From Basidiobolus meristosporus CBS 931.73 (Eukaryota > Fungi > Basidiobolomycota): DNA of 64,000 nt. Positions 1 through 13,064 of the stretch are shown here, one piece after another. The stretch is taken from positions 124,001 to 188,000 of the forward strand of contig MCFE01000035.1 of assembly GCA_002104905.1 (NCBI GenBank), read 5' to 3'. Under the pieces are notes generated by a model. The model was not told the DNA's origin. It made no database searches and worked only from the letters and a program-made list of their open reading frames with translations. Positions within the stretch are counted from its first letter, which is position 1. Each line of letters starts with the position of its first letter. The translations under genes were made by a program, and so were the position numbers.

Positions 1-347
1 TGGGGTTAGCCGAAATATATGCGTCACCCTTCATGCTATCATCCCCTGGTTAACCGATGGAAAAAAAGGTGGCAAATGGCCAAAAAAGGACACGTCTCAC
101 GTGACTGTAGCGTGGGTGATAGTTCTGAAATACAAACAAGTCGATTGGCAGATCATGAAGGAAATTTTATGATCAAGCCGTGACAGTCGGGCATAAGCAA
201 GTTCCATTTCAATACTCCGCCTCGTAAGTGTGAGTCAATGGTTTGAGGATGTTTCATGAACCATTTAACTTGTAAATTCTGGCCTCTTCTCGGTAGAAAC
301 TCTCTCTCTTCACACCACATCAACGACGCGGGGATTGCTCTGATAGC

Positions 348-1718
348 ATGTTGTACTTGACTGCGGATCTATTTCCGGTATTCATTCCTTTTGGGATAGT
401 CGGCCTCTATCGCTACCTGTGGTATGTGATCAAGCTTCTGGCGTACATGACTTACAAGCCACGAAGGCCGTTACCCAATCCAACCTACCACGCGCGACAG
501 GATGTGACCATCGTAGTACCGACCATCGATGCCGGTGAGGAGTTCAAAGAGGCTGCACATTCATGGCTAATGAACGATCCCAAAGAGATTTTGATCATCA
601 CGGAAACCAAAATGGTGGGCCCCTTGCAAGAATTGGCGAACCTGGTCAACCCAGAGAAGATTCGGGTGTTCTCGGTCCCAAAAGCCAACAAAAGGTTGCA
701 AATGGTAGAGGGGATACGTCATGTCACCACAGAAATCCTAGTGTTTGCCGATGATGATGCGATATGGCCACCGACATTGCTTGACTACATCTTGGCATGC
801 TTCGAGGATCGCAAGATGGGCGGTGTCGGCACTTCTCAGACAGTCAAAGCTGTTGGGAACTTTCAAACGGTCTGGGAGGTTTTGGCGGGATTTCGGTTGA
901 CTCAAAGGAACATCGAGGTGGCTGCCTCGACCCACATAGATGGAGGAGTATGCTGTTTGTCTGGACGAACAGCTTGTTATCGTACCTGCATACTAAAGGA
1001 CCCAGCATTCATCCACGAGTTCACGAATGATTTCTGGTTGGGGAAGTACCAACTCAACTCGGGTGACGACAAGTTTCTAACTCGATGGGTGGTAAAAAAT
1101 GGATGGAATACTTACATACAGGCTTGTCCCGAGGCAGAGCTGCAGTCAACGTTTAAAAACAATTGGCGTTTTTTAAAGCAGGTCCTTCGCTGGACGCGGA
1201 ACACCTGGCGTTCTGATATCCGGTCGCTGTGCACCGAGCGTGTCATTTGGTACAGATACCCGTATGTTGCGTTTACCATGCTGGACAAATTCTTCAATCC
1301 AATCACTCTTTTGGCGGGACCAGTACTAGTTGGGCTCCTCTGCTACAAGTCGTTCAAAGGGAACTACCACTTGCCCCTATGGAATGTAGTCACATCCTAC
1401 ATCATCTGGCTGTTGATCACTCGCTGTGTCAAGTTGCTACCGCATTTCTGGCGTAGACCGCAGGATATCATCCATGTCCCAGCATTCCTGATCTTTAACT
1501 ACTACTTTTGCATCATGAAGATCTATGCGCTGTTCACTCTACATGTAACTGCGTGGGGTACTCGCCAGGGTGTCGATATAGATGACAACGAGAACGATGA
1601 GAAGGCCTTCTCGTCACACTTGGAGAACGATGAGAAAAAAATGAAGTTTCGAGATATCCCTGATCTCAAGATTGAGATGATACACGACACTCCAGAGATG
1701 TACCAGAATACTCATTGA
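348..1718 (+). CDS. Processive family-2 glycosyltransferase, Cps1/hyaluronan-synthase-like (intronless, 456 aa)
   Basis: N-terminal TM segment; PTID, ADDD (DxD), CCLSGRTACYR, GDDKFLT and QVLRW (QxxRW) motifs; several C-terminal TM helices. Confidence 0.9.
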   Translation: MLYLTADLFPVFIPFGIVGLYRYLWYVIKLLAYMTYKPRRPLPNPTYHARQDVTIVVPTIDAGEEFKEAAHSWLMNDPKEILIITETKMVGPLQELANLVNPEKIRVFSVPKANKRLQMVEGIRHVTTEILVFADDDAIWPPTLLDYILACFEDRKMGGVGTSQTVKAVGNFQTVWEVLAGFRLTQRNIEVAASTHIDGGVCCLSGRTACYRTCILKDPAFIHEFTNDFWLGKYQLNSGDDKFLTRWVVKNGWNTYIQACPEAELQSTFKNNWRFLKQVLRWTRNTWRSDIRSLCTERVIWYRYPYVAFTMLDKFFNPITLLAGPVLVGLLCYKSFKGNYHLPLWNVVTSYIIWLLITRCVKLLPHFWRRPQDIIHVPAFLIFNYYFCIMKIYALFTLHVTAWGTRQGVDIDDNENDEKAFSSHLENDEKKMKFRDIPDLKIEMIHDTPEMYQNTH

Positions 1719-2653
1719 GCTTTATCTAGCAGGAGGATTTTGAAGCAACTGTGTCTGGCGCAGGTGGTTGTGGTTCAAGAGCAGACTCTAAGTTTGATTT
1801 GCACCGTAAGACAGGAGTGTTCTTTTTTGGGTTGAAGATTTTAGTTTATTGAGGAATAGGTTTTATTTTATTACGAGACTGGTTTTACCCTACAAATTCG
1901 TGCTGGTTACTTCACCATAATTCCATGGAATATTGATGCACAAGCCCATTAGTCCAAACTCGCATTGAATAGATAAATATACTTTGAGATAGGTTTAGAG
2001 TATTGAATGGCCGTTGCATCAACTATATATACATGTGACCAGATTGGTTCTTGCTTCCAACGAGCCAACGCCACTAAAGAAGGCAATACTAAACATGGTC
2101 AATCGGAATGTATGCTGCTGGCTGGCTGGCCATCCCTTGAGTGACAAACCTACTGCAGGCTTAGTCTCCAACTGGCTTCTCAATTCTATCATTGGTTATG
2201 CTGGCCGGGGCCTTTGTCTGGGTGTCATCTTCGGGTATGGAGCTTAATCCTACTCGGAGGCGGAAAGCGAATTTTCAGTCGACTTGATTATACATATATA
2301 TTTGCTTGTTTCTGTTTATTCGAAAAAACCGACTTTCTAACATCTAACAGTACCTTTTCTACGAGTGTCTACGGAATATACTTGTAATCTTTTTCACGAT
2401 AGCGAAGGATTACGGTGTATGGGTGGTTGATGTGCCACTGTAAATCAAATATTACTCAACTAAATGGACCAAGATGATTTTAGGATGATTATTACTTAAT
2501 TTGGTAATTTCACTATGTTTCAATATCTGGCGTGACTGCTACTTCCCAACCAAAATTTAACTAACTTTTGGTATCAATACCAAATGGTATCAACGATTGA
2601 TATAAATAGAAGTAAACAGTTGAGGAAATGAAGGCACCAGTTGGCAATGCCTC

Positions 2654-4482
2654 CTACATTTGTTTGAGTGCGTCTTTTATGAATCCGCGAAACAGCCGGA
2701 ACTGCCTCTTATCACCAGATAGTCTTTTGATCAAAACTGCGGTTTTGCTAGTCCTAGGGATTTCGGAGATCTTGATTCTCGCTGAAAATGTCTTCTTTTC
2801 TACTATATTCCGGTGGGCTTCTGTCAAGGACGGGGAATGCTGACAAACTAATTTTGACTTTGCATCTATTATATAGGCGAACTGGTGCTGATCTAGAAAC
2901 TGGATCATCTTCGTCAGCATTAAGGAGGCTTTCTCGTTGGAAAAGGTGACAACACAATGGTTCAAGTAGACCAGGAGACTGGTTTCATTGAAGTGTTTGG
3001 TCTGAAGCCCCACAGTGCTGTCATCGTCATCACTTTCCTCTAAGTCCAGTAACTCCAGACTTCGTGCAATTAGCTCATACAAAGAAGTTACCGGACTTCT
3101 TTTGACTAACACCCGTTCCGGGGAGGCACTGTCTTCCTCGCCCAACTCATATTCGTTTTCTAAAGACAGTTGTATCTGAATCTCCGTTTGGTACAAGCAA
3201 GCACTCATTTCTATGAGAACCTGAGGGTCGATCTCACGAGGTAAAGAGATTTTCTCCAATGGATTTAAAAATGGGATCGAAGCAAGTGAAACGTCGTTAA
3301 GGAATATATGTTTATATACATCGGTGATATTGATGCGACGCTTACGGTTAGGATCCAAGCAACGTGCGAGAAGGGTCTTACACTCTGAATAGGTCATGTC
3401 AATAATAGAACCGAAGTGGAGCAGCTTTCTTGCTCTTACCAAATGATATATTACTCGGGTATTTGACTTTACCGGTCATGACACGCTCTAAATTCTTTGG
3501 CTTGGAAGGGTCTCCAAAGGGTAGGTATCCAGCGACCATCACAAAAAGAACCACACCTATAGTGATTGGGTTAGCTTTTCAGAAGGAAGAGTGGTATAAG
3601 ATTTCGAATTACCAAGAGACCAAATGTCTACTTCTGGACCTAAACCATGGTTAAACGATAGTTGAGAAAGGATTGAGCAACCTGATACTTACCAACATAG
3701 GACTCTCCGCGTAGAATCTCGGGTGCGGTGTAGGGAAGCGAACCACATGCAGTTTTAAGAACGGCGTTCCGATTGTAGAAGTTGGCCAGTCCAAAATCGA
3801 TTAGTTTGATGTTATCTTCCTTGTCGACAAGGATATTCTACAGTGGAGTGGGGATAAGATGCAACGTCCGATACAATGATGGCACATCGAAGTTACCTCG
3901 ATTTTAATATCGCGATGCGTGATGCTGTAACTGTGGCAGTAGCCTAATCTCAGATTGGTCAATGCTCCCTTCAGTGCGCATGTAAATTACTCACTCAATG
4001 CTGCGACTATCTGCTGAAAATATTGCTTGGCCTTTTCTTCGGAGATTCCTTGCTTGCCAATCTTCTGTCCCAGCTGACAACCATCTACGTACTCATAGAA
4101 CAAGTAGTAGTGTGTATCAGTTGCTCGAAAATTCTTTAAGGTTACAATGCTTGGATGGAGAAGCAGGCGAGCCATATTGGCCTCGCGCACTACACGTTTC
4201 TCCATGGATTTTGTCCTCTTCACGTCATGCGCCGCACCACGACGGATTTGCCGCTGGATGATTTTTACTGCGTACTGAAGGCTCATTAGGTCTAGATATA
4301 TATATAGTACTCGCCTAGTATTGAAAACATACTTTCTCTCCAGTGGCTGGATCCATTATCAACTTCACTTTGCCGTAGCTTCCCTCGCCAAGGGACTTGA
4401 TCACTGAAAACTCACCCAACGGGGTCCTTAGAATCCCACGACTAGCACTCCTCAGTGACAAAGCAATCCGTTTGGAAACCAT
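2654..4482 (-). CDS. KIN1: Kin1/MARK (CAMKL) family Ser/Thr kinase, about 7 exons, KA1-like C-terminus
   Basis: Hand-spliced exons give LGEGSYGKVK, YAVKII, HRDIKIEN, IDFGLAN, TACGSLPYTAPE and DIWSLG with canonical GT-AG introns. ATG at 4482; stop at 2654. Confidence 0.88.
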
Positions 4483-4849
4483 TAGGTAAGTGGAGTTTAG
4501 CTACTCAATGGGGATTTCCAAGATTGGGTGATTGAGGAAATGTACTCAACCCACATCCCACCAGTGTCTTATATTTCGATCGATCTGGGAAACAATGGAA
4601 ATCGGTGCATGCGCCGGCAGGGAACTTCCAAAATTCCCTTGCGTTCGGCCATTGTTCTTGGTTTATCTGTGACTGCAAGCACTGCCTAACTCTAGATTGA
4701 TTGCATTCTATTGCTTGAGATTTGGTCGATTTTGGACCGTCAATGACCTGCACATCAACGGAAATCATCGGTTAGGGACTCCATGTGAATTGCAGACTAT
4801 CTACTTTATTATGTGAGAACTGACAAGATTACTCTCACGTAGAAGACGT

Positions 4850-5161
4850 CTATTTCCGCGAAGTCCAGTGAAGTCGTAGCGAACTCTCTCGATGCTGGAG
4901 TTTCTTGATCAGGTTGTCTCGGTCAGTTATCGTCGGCATATAGGATCGAATGATATCTCGGCCAAAGCGGTGCTGACTTGGCGGGGAGAAGAGAAACTTG
5001 TCAGGTCGGAGTTTGGTCGGACCTGACTTGGGCTTGGGGGAAGTCCAGTGAAGAGTACTACTAGGCAATATAACCCAATCATCCGATAGCCCATTGTCTA
5101 CTGGCTTATTACTACTTTTTCCAAACACCTGCCCGTTTATCCATGAAAACATACTCTTCAT
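4850..5161 (-). CDS. Small hypothetical protein (103 aa) with a candidate Atg8-interacting motif (SDDWVIL)
   Basis: Uninterrupted ATG-to-stop ORF MKSMFSWINGQVFG...LHWTSRK with an acidic W-x-x-L motif; LHWTS occurs twice (14-bp direct repeat at 4860 and 5040). No family confirmed. Confidence 0.45.
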   Translation of the reverse strand: MKSMFSWINGQVFGKSSNKPVDNGLSDDWVILPSSTLHWTSPKPKSGPTKLRPDKFLFSPPSQHRFGRDIIRSYMPTITDRDNLIKKLQHRESSLRLHWTSRK

Positions 5162-5505
5162 CGGAAATAGAATAGTCAAGAGAGGAGATTTGCTGTGCGA
5201 ACGGTTGCTAATCTGTCTCCAGGAGGTGGTTTTATACTCATTTGCTTGAGGAGATGGTGTACGCTATTTGCTCAGATCTGTCACGCCCCCATGTTCCACG
5301 TTTGCCATTGGGCAGAGCGAGCATGATTTAGTATATATTGTGTAGCTAGGACAGCAGCCCAATCATCGCCTGATCAACAGCAATACCCTACCAACGATCC
5401 ATCGTACAATAGGATACAACTTAGTTTTGCGTATATTAACTCCTTTTTCTCCCTAACTCAGCTCCCCTGATTGCGATCTAACAAGTACATGAGCCGTTGA
5501 TGGGA

Positions 5506-5585
5506 CTTGTGATTTGGCATGGAGGCCACTCTTGATTGAAAGGGTCTTGTGATTTAGCTTGCTACATAAATGCCACTTGTGATTT
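5506..5585. repeat. Three dispersed copies of CTTGTGATTT (5506, 5546, 5576)
   Basis: Read directly from the sequence; spacings of 40 and 30 bp. Confidence 0.8.
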
Positions 5586-8500
5586 GATAGAGATGATGCT
5601 GGTTTCTCATGAAGGGATAGAGGTACTCGTGTTGGAAATTGGCGTATTGGTTGCTATTATCATTAATTTAGGTTTATGCAAATGTTACTATTCATGGCTA
5701 GAATTTCCGTTACGAGAGGCAATGACCCTAAAGGAGAGATGGGTGTTTCAGCTGCTTGATGCAGACACTGAGGTTGTGGCATCCATTGGAGTGAAAGCTA
5801 TGCTCCGCCAATGGCTTTTATGTTACGAGGACACACATCTGCCGAGCCCACTGGTGTTTCGGTTGTTCTGTAAGCTTTCCCTGCCTTGTTTACTTTCTAT
5901 AAAATATTTGTATAGATATGCGCTTGCGAAGTAGTACATTGAATCGACGCATCCACTTGGTGTGGTTTTGGGTTGCATGCGAGTAGTGTATTCATTGTGT
6001 GTACCTTCGATGATTGGTGGCAACTCCGATATATCCAAGACTCTCCAAAAAACCATTGTAAGATTCACAGGCATTCGCATGTGCTATTAACCCTCCCTCG
6101 CCCCTTTAGAAGGAACACGTAAACGGGTATTGTACATCTACGAGGTCAATAATTGTGCTGAGACAAGGTATCAAGCACCATAGTCCATGGGCTCGGTATT
6201 TAAGCGCTGAACCATGCTCACTGGGTTGTACTAAACCCAGTGCAGTCTCTAGTGCTATTTCAAAGATTGATTCAAGACCATTGTAGTTGGCATTGATATA
6301 TTTTCAACCATATAAATAATTACGCTTCAAACCAATCACTCTCTTTTAATATATCAAGTCATACAAAATTATTTATGCACAACAAATACAATTGCTATGG
6401 CACCAAATTATTCGGCCAGCAATTATGACTTTAGTGTAGGTTCAAAAAACATATACTTGAGGAATTTCAAGCGATTATTACGAATGACATACCAAACCAT
6501 TCTAACAGAATATACTCTAGCCGTATATCTACTTTTACAATGCTTCATTGTATCTTTGGTAAGCGCGTTGACGTGTTGGCAATATATTATTGCTTAGAGA
6601 CAAATTCCCTATGAATACGAGCAACCAGTTATAGTAGTAGTGGCAACCTGAGGAGAAACAAGGTGTGGAATCACTTGAACAATTGGTAAACACACTGTAA
6701 TTTATCAACTATCGTGAAATATCGTTGATAGCTTTAATCTGTACACAGGTAGCCGTGGTACCATCGTCATATCGAAGCCCATGTATTGTGCATCTTTTAG
6801 TGTCATGATTTTAGGTGGCCGTGTTGATTTCTTCAACTCATAACTATACTCGTTATCATATAACCATCTTTCTGTTAAACTCTAATAACCCAATCATCAT
6901 AGTGATATTCTTTTTTGTCACTAAACTAACAATACAAATGCAAGCGTTGGCAATGAAGGTGGTAATGAATACTTGTAGCTTGGTTGATATAATAGATATC
7001 AGGATGGTCAGTATTCTGTGGAATGGACATTTTGATCCTGACATGTTGCAAACTAAGAAATGCTGTGGGGTACCTCAGTTATTTTGAATGGTAACCGATG
7101 TTCAATAAAGTAGCGATACTCTGCAACACAAATTAATTCCCATAGAGTTAAAAGGGGCTACCTAGAATCCCATAAATAGATACAATTCATGATACCGTCA
7201 GAAGTTTTTGCCTTTGTGAATAGGCTTATATCCAGCTATTCATGTTACGTGAATTCATATGAAGTGAAGTAGTGGAACCAACTCAGTCATGGGTTTCTTG
7301 TTATTATAGACTGGGGCACATTCTTCATGATTTCAATCGTCTGAGTTCTCAACTCCAATCCGCATTCTTGAATGCTCAAGTTTTAAGCCATCTCGGTAAG
7401 CTTTGTTCATTTTTCAAGTGACAGTTAATGTTGTGCTATGCAGGCCAAAGAAAAAAGGCTTGGTTGCTCGGAGAATATTTCACACGTCATTGTTTCCAGC
7501 TGAACGAACACTTGTGAGCTTTGTTTTAACAAATAAACCGATGAGTGGATGGGTTACCTCCAAGCTCCGATCGGATGGGCTTGTTTTAACTATGGAATTG
7601 AGCTTGGCCATCCTGTATTTTTATACAAGTTGAATAAGTGGAATATCATTCGTGATATTTTTATGTTTGTATAACAAGAATAAACCTTTATCATATTGTA
7701 AAAAGCATGATGTGCAACAACACGCACATTTTCAGGTGACAAACTAAACAGCTTGTGGAATGTACACCATAGTATTCAAATCACAATTTGACCGCAGCTA
7801 TTGTGATTATCCAAAAATACAGAAACTCTTTACTGTTACATCTATTTATTTTCAACTTTTTGAAGCACAAACTTTCAAGCAAGATCTTTTGGTACGTGTA
7901 ATTTCTGAGCATGCTAAGATCTGCCTCACACGTCACTGATAACTATACATAATCACCTACTCTTCTCTACTGGCTTATTACAATGAATATGGCCTTCCGA
8001 ATGACAGATTAATGAACTCTCCATTGGGGGCCCAGCGTAATTGACTGGCCGGGGCTGTTCATGGTTACATTGTTAGCTTTGGTTCGCTTGTGACAAAGTA
8101 TTCATGAAACTGATCTCTGAATGAAGATTATACTAGAGCATCTTTATATTGAAACCTCCTTTAATAGCTCATTCTTACATGATTTATGCTTGAACAGTTC
8201 TAAGCTCCCAACAGGCAAGCTACACTCGTGCTGATGCTCTTTGTATGCTTCTCCTGTGTCAAAATACGCAGTCCTCTAGCTCCTTGGGATTACCTGTATC
8301 AAAACTGGGTTTCCCAAGACTGGTCATAGCTACTGCGTGGTTTATTTGGACACATCAACACAAGTGCACGAACACCTGCGAATATAATAAGGTATCGAAC
8401 CTTTTGCTAATACTGAAGCCTGAGTCCAATTGGCTCATAACACCGGCTATAACAGCCATAATCTTGTAAACAATAAAGAGAAAAAATGGTCAGCCTATAA

Positions 8501-9314
8501 CCAGAGAGGCTCAGCTTTCAACATTTTTGCCTCCACAGCTTTTTAAGACGTAGAATAGGAACCCAATGACATAACATGACTTCTCTGTAAAAGCTTATAC
8601 ATTTCAGATGGATCATTCCAGAGCAAAAGAATCATTGGTTACAACTCGGAGGATGGCCGGTCAGATCAAGATCTCTGCACCCTACCGCTACTGGGATAAG
8701 AAATCATTTGCTCTATCATCACGAAATACACTCAATCTAGCTCTGCACATCCTTGGCATCCTATATATCATGAACACTGCATACTTGTCTGGTCGAATCA
8801 ATACAATATATGCCTAAAATGCATTGGAAGATAGGAGCCAGACCAGGGTCCCCAGCACAAGTTCATGGAATCAGGCAACTCGAGTCCTGCCACCTGTGGT
8901 CACTATCGCATAAACTTTGTTAAAGACCATGATGAGAGGGTTCGGGAATAGATACTATGACTGCCAACACAAATTAAACAAAAGTAGCCTCCGGAAACTA
9001 GCCGTAATGAGCAGTCAAGTCGCCACTCTTATGTGGAATATTCCATATATCTACTGAAGCACTCTGCCATGGCCTGTCTGCTGTTTCCGTAACGTCTCTA
9101 ACTATATCATTGTCGTATTCTTTATGCATCTCATAACCAACTTGGGTCTAACTTTAAAATTGCAGAAAATATACGCTTCAATCCAGAGATTTATTTATGA
9201 TCCATACCAATGTGTGAAAATTAAAATCAGTTTGATCATTCCTTAAACCATTTTCAATTTCAGACCTGGAGTTCTTTTCATCCACAACACCAAACCATCA
9301 CGAACAGCTCAAAC

Positions 9315-10504
9315 ATGTCTCTTGTAGCGGATTATGGTTCAGACTCCGAAGATTACTCTGAAGATGAGAATAACACCTCGAAAACCCTTCAGGAAAAGCC
9401 TCAAATTAGTGCTAAGAAGGAGAAATCTTCTGGATCGGTCAAGTTTATCGTAGATCTCCCAAAATTCGAAGAGGAAGAAGATAAAACGCCAACCACGGTA
9501 AACAAAAAACCCGGAAGAACAAGCTTATTCGACATGCTACCAAAACCAAAAAACTCTTCCACCAAAGCAACAACCGATTTGAAGCCACCTAACGTTTCTA
9601 AAGGCAAAGCGCTGTATGATCCCCATAAATCAGACGCTCGAATCCAAGAAACCAAAACAGCCTCTTCTCCTTTGGCAAGTACAAATACAGAAAAGATCAA
9701 ATCTGCGCCAGCCTCGTTTTTTCCAATGGGTAAATATTTTCTTTCAGACCAAACCAGCCTTTGTATTATATATATATATATATATAGGCGCCTTTAAAGG
9801 ATCTTTGAATGTACCCATGCTAACTAGTGTGTAATTCCATATAGATGTCAAACAAAAGAAGCCTGCTCAAATCGTGGAAGTCCAGGCCGAAAATCCTGTA
9901 CAAGATATAGTCAGTGAAAAACCAGCGGGACCCGAACCTGCGCCTGTTGAATACACAGCAGCCTCTATGTATGCCTACGATGAAACAAATCCTTACTACT
10001 ATGACTCTAGTGCATATTCTGCATATGCTTATCAGGACTCAAACCAATACTACCAGGAAGATCAGCCCCAAGAGGATGTTCTAGAGGAAGAGGCAATTAC
10101 TTACTTGATGGGAAGAAGGGCTGGAAGAGGGCAGGCCAGCGCTATCAACATTACCACTATTAATCAACAGGACCAGCTGCATGACCCAAACATGCCAACA
10201 ATAACGTCAGCAGGATCCAGCTCTTTCGGCCAAGTTCCGGTAAGTAGCGTTAACATCATTGATATTTTCCAAAACTCAACGTGATGTATATATTTAGGCA
10301 TACAAAGTATCCGGCAATCAAAAGCGCAAGCATAACATCATGTTCCTAGCCCATCAAGCTAAAGCAAGAGAGGCTGAACTCCAGGATTTCTATGCTCTCA
10401 ATAAGAAAACGAAAAAAGAAACACAAAGCAAATATGGTGAGAACGCGCGTCTTTGGAACGGCTTGTATTCATGTCTAACATCCATCAATTCTGCAGGGTT
10501 TTGA
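9315..10504 (+). CDS. PRCC: PRCC / MAD2B-interacting spliceosome-associated protein (4 exons)
   Basis: N-terminal MSLVADYGSDSED. Spliced C-terminus KRKHNIMFLAHQAKAREAELQDFYALNKKTKKETQSKYGF* matches the PRCC C-terminal domain. The last intron splits the GGG codon; stop at 10502-10504. Confidence 0.85.
9767..9786. repeat. (TA)10 microsatellite in PRCC intron 1
   Basis: Read directly from the sequence. Confidence 0.9.
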
Positions 10505-13064
10505 GGAAAAGAATAATCTAAAGAGATTACTCTCAATTTTCTTGAATGTATTATAGAAATCATTTGCAAGAGTTCTACACTTCGGACCAGCAAAAACACC
10601 ATCAGCCTTATTAAAAAGCATGCTACTGCGCCTTTCTGGCTATAATGCCAACAAAAAAATTTAGATTCGGGCTATTTACATTAGATGTACTAAAGATTGA
10701 TTACAACTAGCAGTATACGAGCACAAAAGCCATGGATTTTACAAAACTAAGTGATGTATACGTAGTAGCACATGCGTGATTCCTTTTCGTACTGTCTAAT
10801 AGATGGCTCTTATTCAAGCTGGTGACTGGATGGATGTATTCAAAAAGATGACCCAAGTGCGTGAATGAGCTCACGTGAATACTCTGGGCAATCCGAAGAC
10901 AATCAGTCTCGTGCATTTGTAGGACTGAACTGTTTGTTTTGAGCCCAATAAGCTATCTATTGGCCTCTCTAGTATACAATGACCCTTCCACTTCCAGTAA
11001 GCAAACCTCCCCTGTTCGCAGAAAAACTGCTCTCGGTGGTGGCTCTTGCATCTGTTAGTGATGAAATGCTCATCCTGGTCTTTCTTAAACTTGGTATCCA
11101 TCCTTCAGAACACACCACCGTCAGAGGTAGGTGGATTGTGTCAGGTTGAGTTTGGCTGGGTGTTATAATTAAGTGACACATGTTTCTCGATTAACGCAAA
11201 GCCATGCTATACGACAAAGTAGAGATTAATGAACAGTTTCCAGCTCAACGTATCGTGTATACTTACATTCGCTTTATCAAAAATAATTCATTGAACTGCG
11301 TATAAAACATCGCCTGCCCAGCTGTTGGTACCAACGACAATCAAATATGAGGTCGGAGAAACAACTATAGGGTTATTCTGATCAGGTATCCGTGCCGCCA
11401 GGCAGATAGTTGATACCACAATCCATTTATCATTTTGTATGGCTCCATTAGAGTACCAATTGATATGATAAATATATCATGCTCTACAACTGAAATGCTA
11501 AATAACACTGTTAACCAAAGGAACCACACAACGCGAGGTTTCAGCATTCTAAACATAAAGTGGTGCTGTAAAGTTGCAAGGGACGCAAGGAGTATGCCAA
11601 TTTGATCAGGCAAATCGATACGTCTCATCAAGGAAGAGGCCAAAAGCCAGATCATTGTGGGTGGATAAACTAGCTATGTCACATGTTTTTTAAGTTTATC
11701 GAACATTCCGAGCAACCCTTTAAATGAAAGATGGTTCTTGTGTCCGTTATAAGAAAGCTTGTGCTTCATTTGGGTACACATTGTCGTGAGGACACAAATT
11801 GACTCGATGGATTTTTTTTGGTTGAGGCAAATATGCACCTTCTGCCACTTCGTGAAGATTTGCCGCTCGGGCCTAAGCTTGATTTTCCCAACCTTTAAAT
11901 GTTGCTGAAGTCTCAGTTAGGCAAAAGCTTTATTGACCAAAATGGTGAAGGTTAGGATTGCGAGTATGCTGCAGGATAAGTTAATACTACCTGATTACTT
12001 GGGCAATTACCATGATCAAGGCTTCCTGATATACTTGCACATCAAGGGAGACGAATAATCCAAGCACCACCGCATCAACATATTGTATTGAGCAATTTCA
12101 ATAAATCAAGCAGACATTGGTTCCAATGTTGTGGAAATATCATCTAACACTTCAAATATTGAAGTTTCACACTCTAATTTGGAATGACGGTTATGTAAGA
12201 AACCATCAATTTAGCCTAGCGGAGTGTTTAGCTTACACCGTTACTGTGCAGAAGAGCTAATCTAACTGACGTAAAAGACGAGTAGTTTATCCAAGAAACT
12301 ATTGTATTGCAATGTTTCTATTTTCAGGAAGAATGCAAGGGATATTAATAGCACTCTGAAGATAATCACCATTGACCATTGACCATTGACTCATAATATG
12401 AAGCGATTAGTTCTGGCTTCCACCTATATTTAACCAGAGGATGTGTGCCATTAATATGCCGATATAATAGATAGATGTTTATATTCGTCACCCCTCCGGG
12501 CTATGTTCTCCCCTCCCTGCACCATCCTTTCCAAAAACTGCCTGGATCCATGAGGTATTGGGGATTTGGTAGTGGTATAAAGATCAACCCCCATCACTAA
12601 TCTTCGTGACGCGTTTTTCCATACCAACACGAAGCACATTGTCAAATGATTTTAAACCAATCAGTGTTGCTTGGTCATGACTTTCTTTGACGAGTTTAGG
12701 GCGTACAATCGCGACAACCACACGATGGACCACTTTTGGATTGTGCAATGATACGAGTAGCATGATGTTGGATTATTGGCTTCTGGTCATTTCTTAAACA
12801 TAGCTCAAATGGTCCAAATTTTGAATCAACAGCCCCCGTGGTTAACGTAACAGTGTGTTCACGGTTTTACGTATTTGAGAAGCTACTTGATAAGAGTATA
12901 CGTCATGTCGTGGTGGTAAAAATTGTAGTTTTATTAACTCAGTGGCTTAGAAATAGTACAAAATCTGCAGGAAAAATGAACAAGAAGGCAGCATATGCCA
13001 AGAATATTTCGAGCTATTGTCTCAACGGAGAAGGTCTATAATCAAGGATGATCTATTGCAATAG

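Noticed and set aside
97-104. TCACGTGA E-box upstream of the GT2 gene
   Set aside because: A single common motif that cannot be distinguished from chance.
6690-6800. Minus-strand TWASI...YFTIVDKL resembling a Gypsy integrase start
   Set aside because: Only a few residues match, with stops and no zinc finger or D,D35E continuation.
11365-11655. 96-aa hydrophobic ORF and a nearby FGLFLDET (spherulin-4-like) string
   Set aside because: Stop density in the surrounding frames is near random and there is no further family support.
12369-12389. (CCATTGA)3 micro-repeat
   Set aside because: An ordinary slippage repeat in non-coding DNA.
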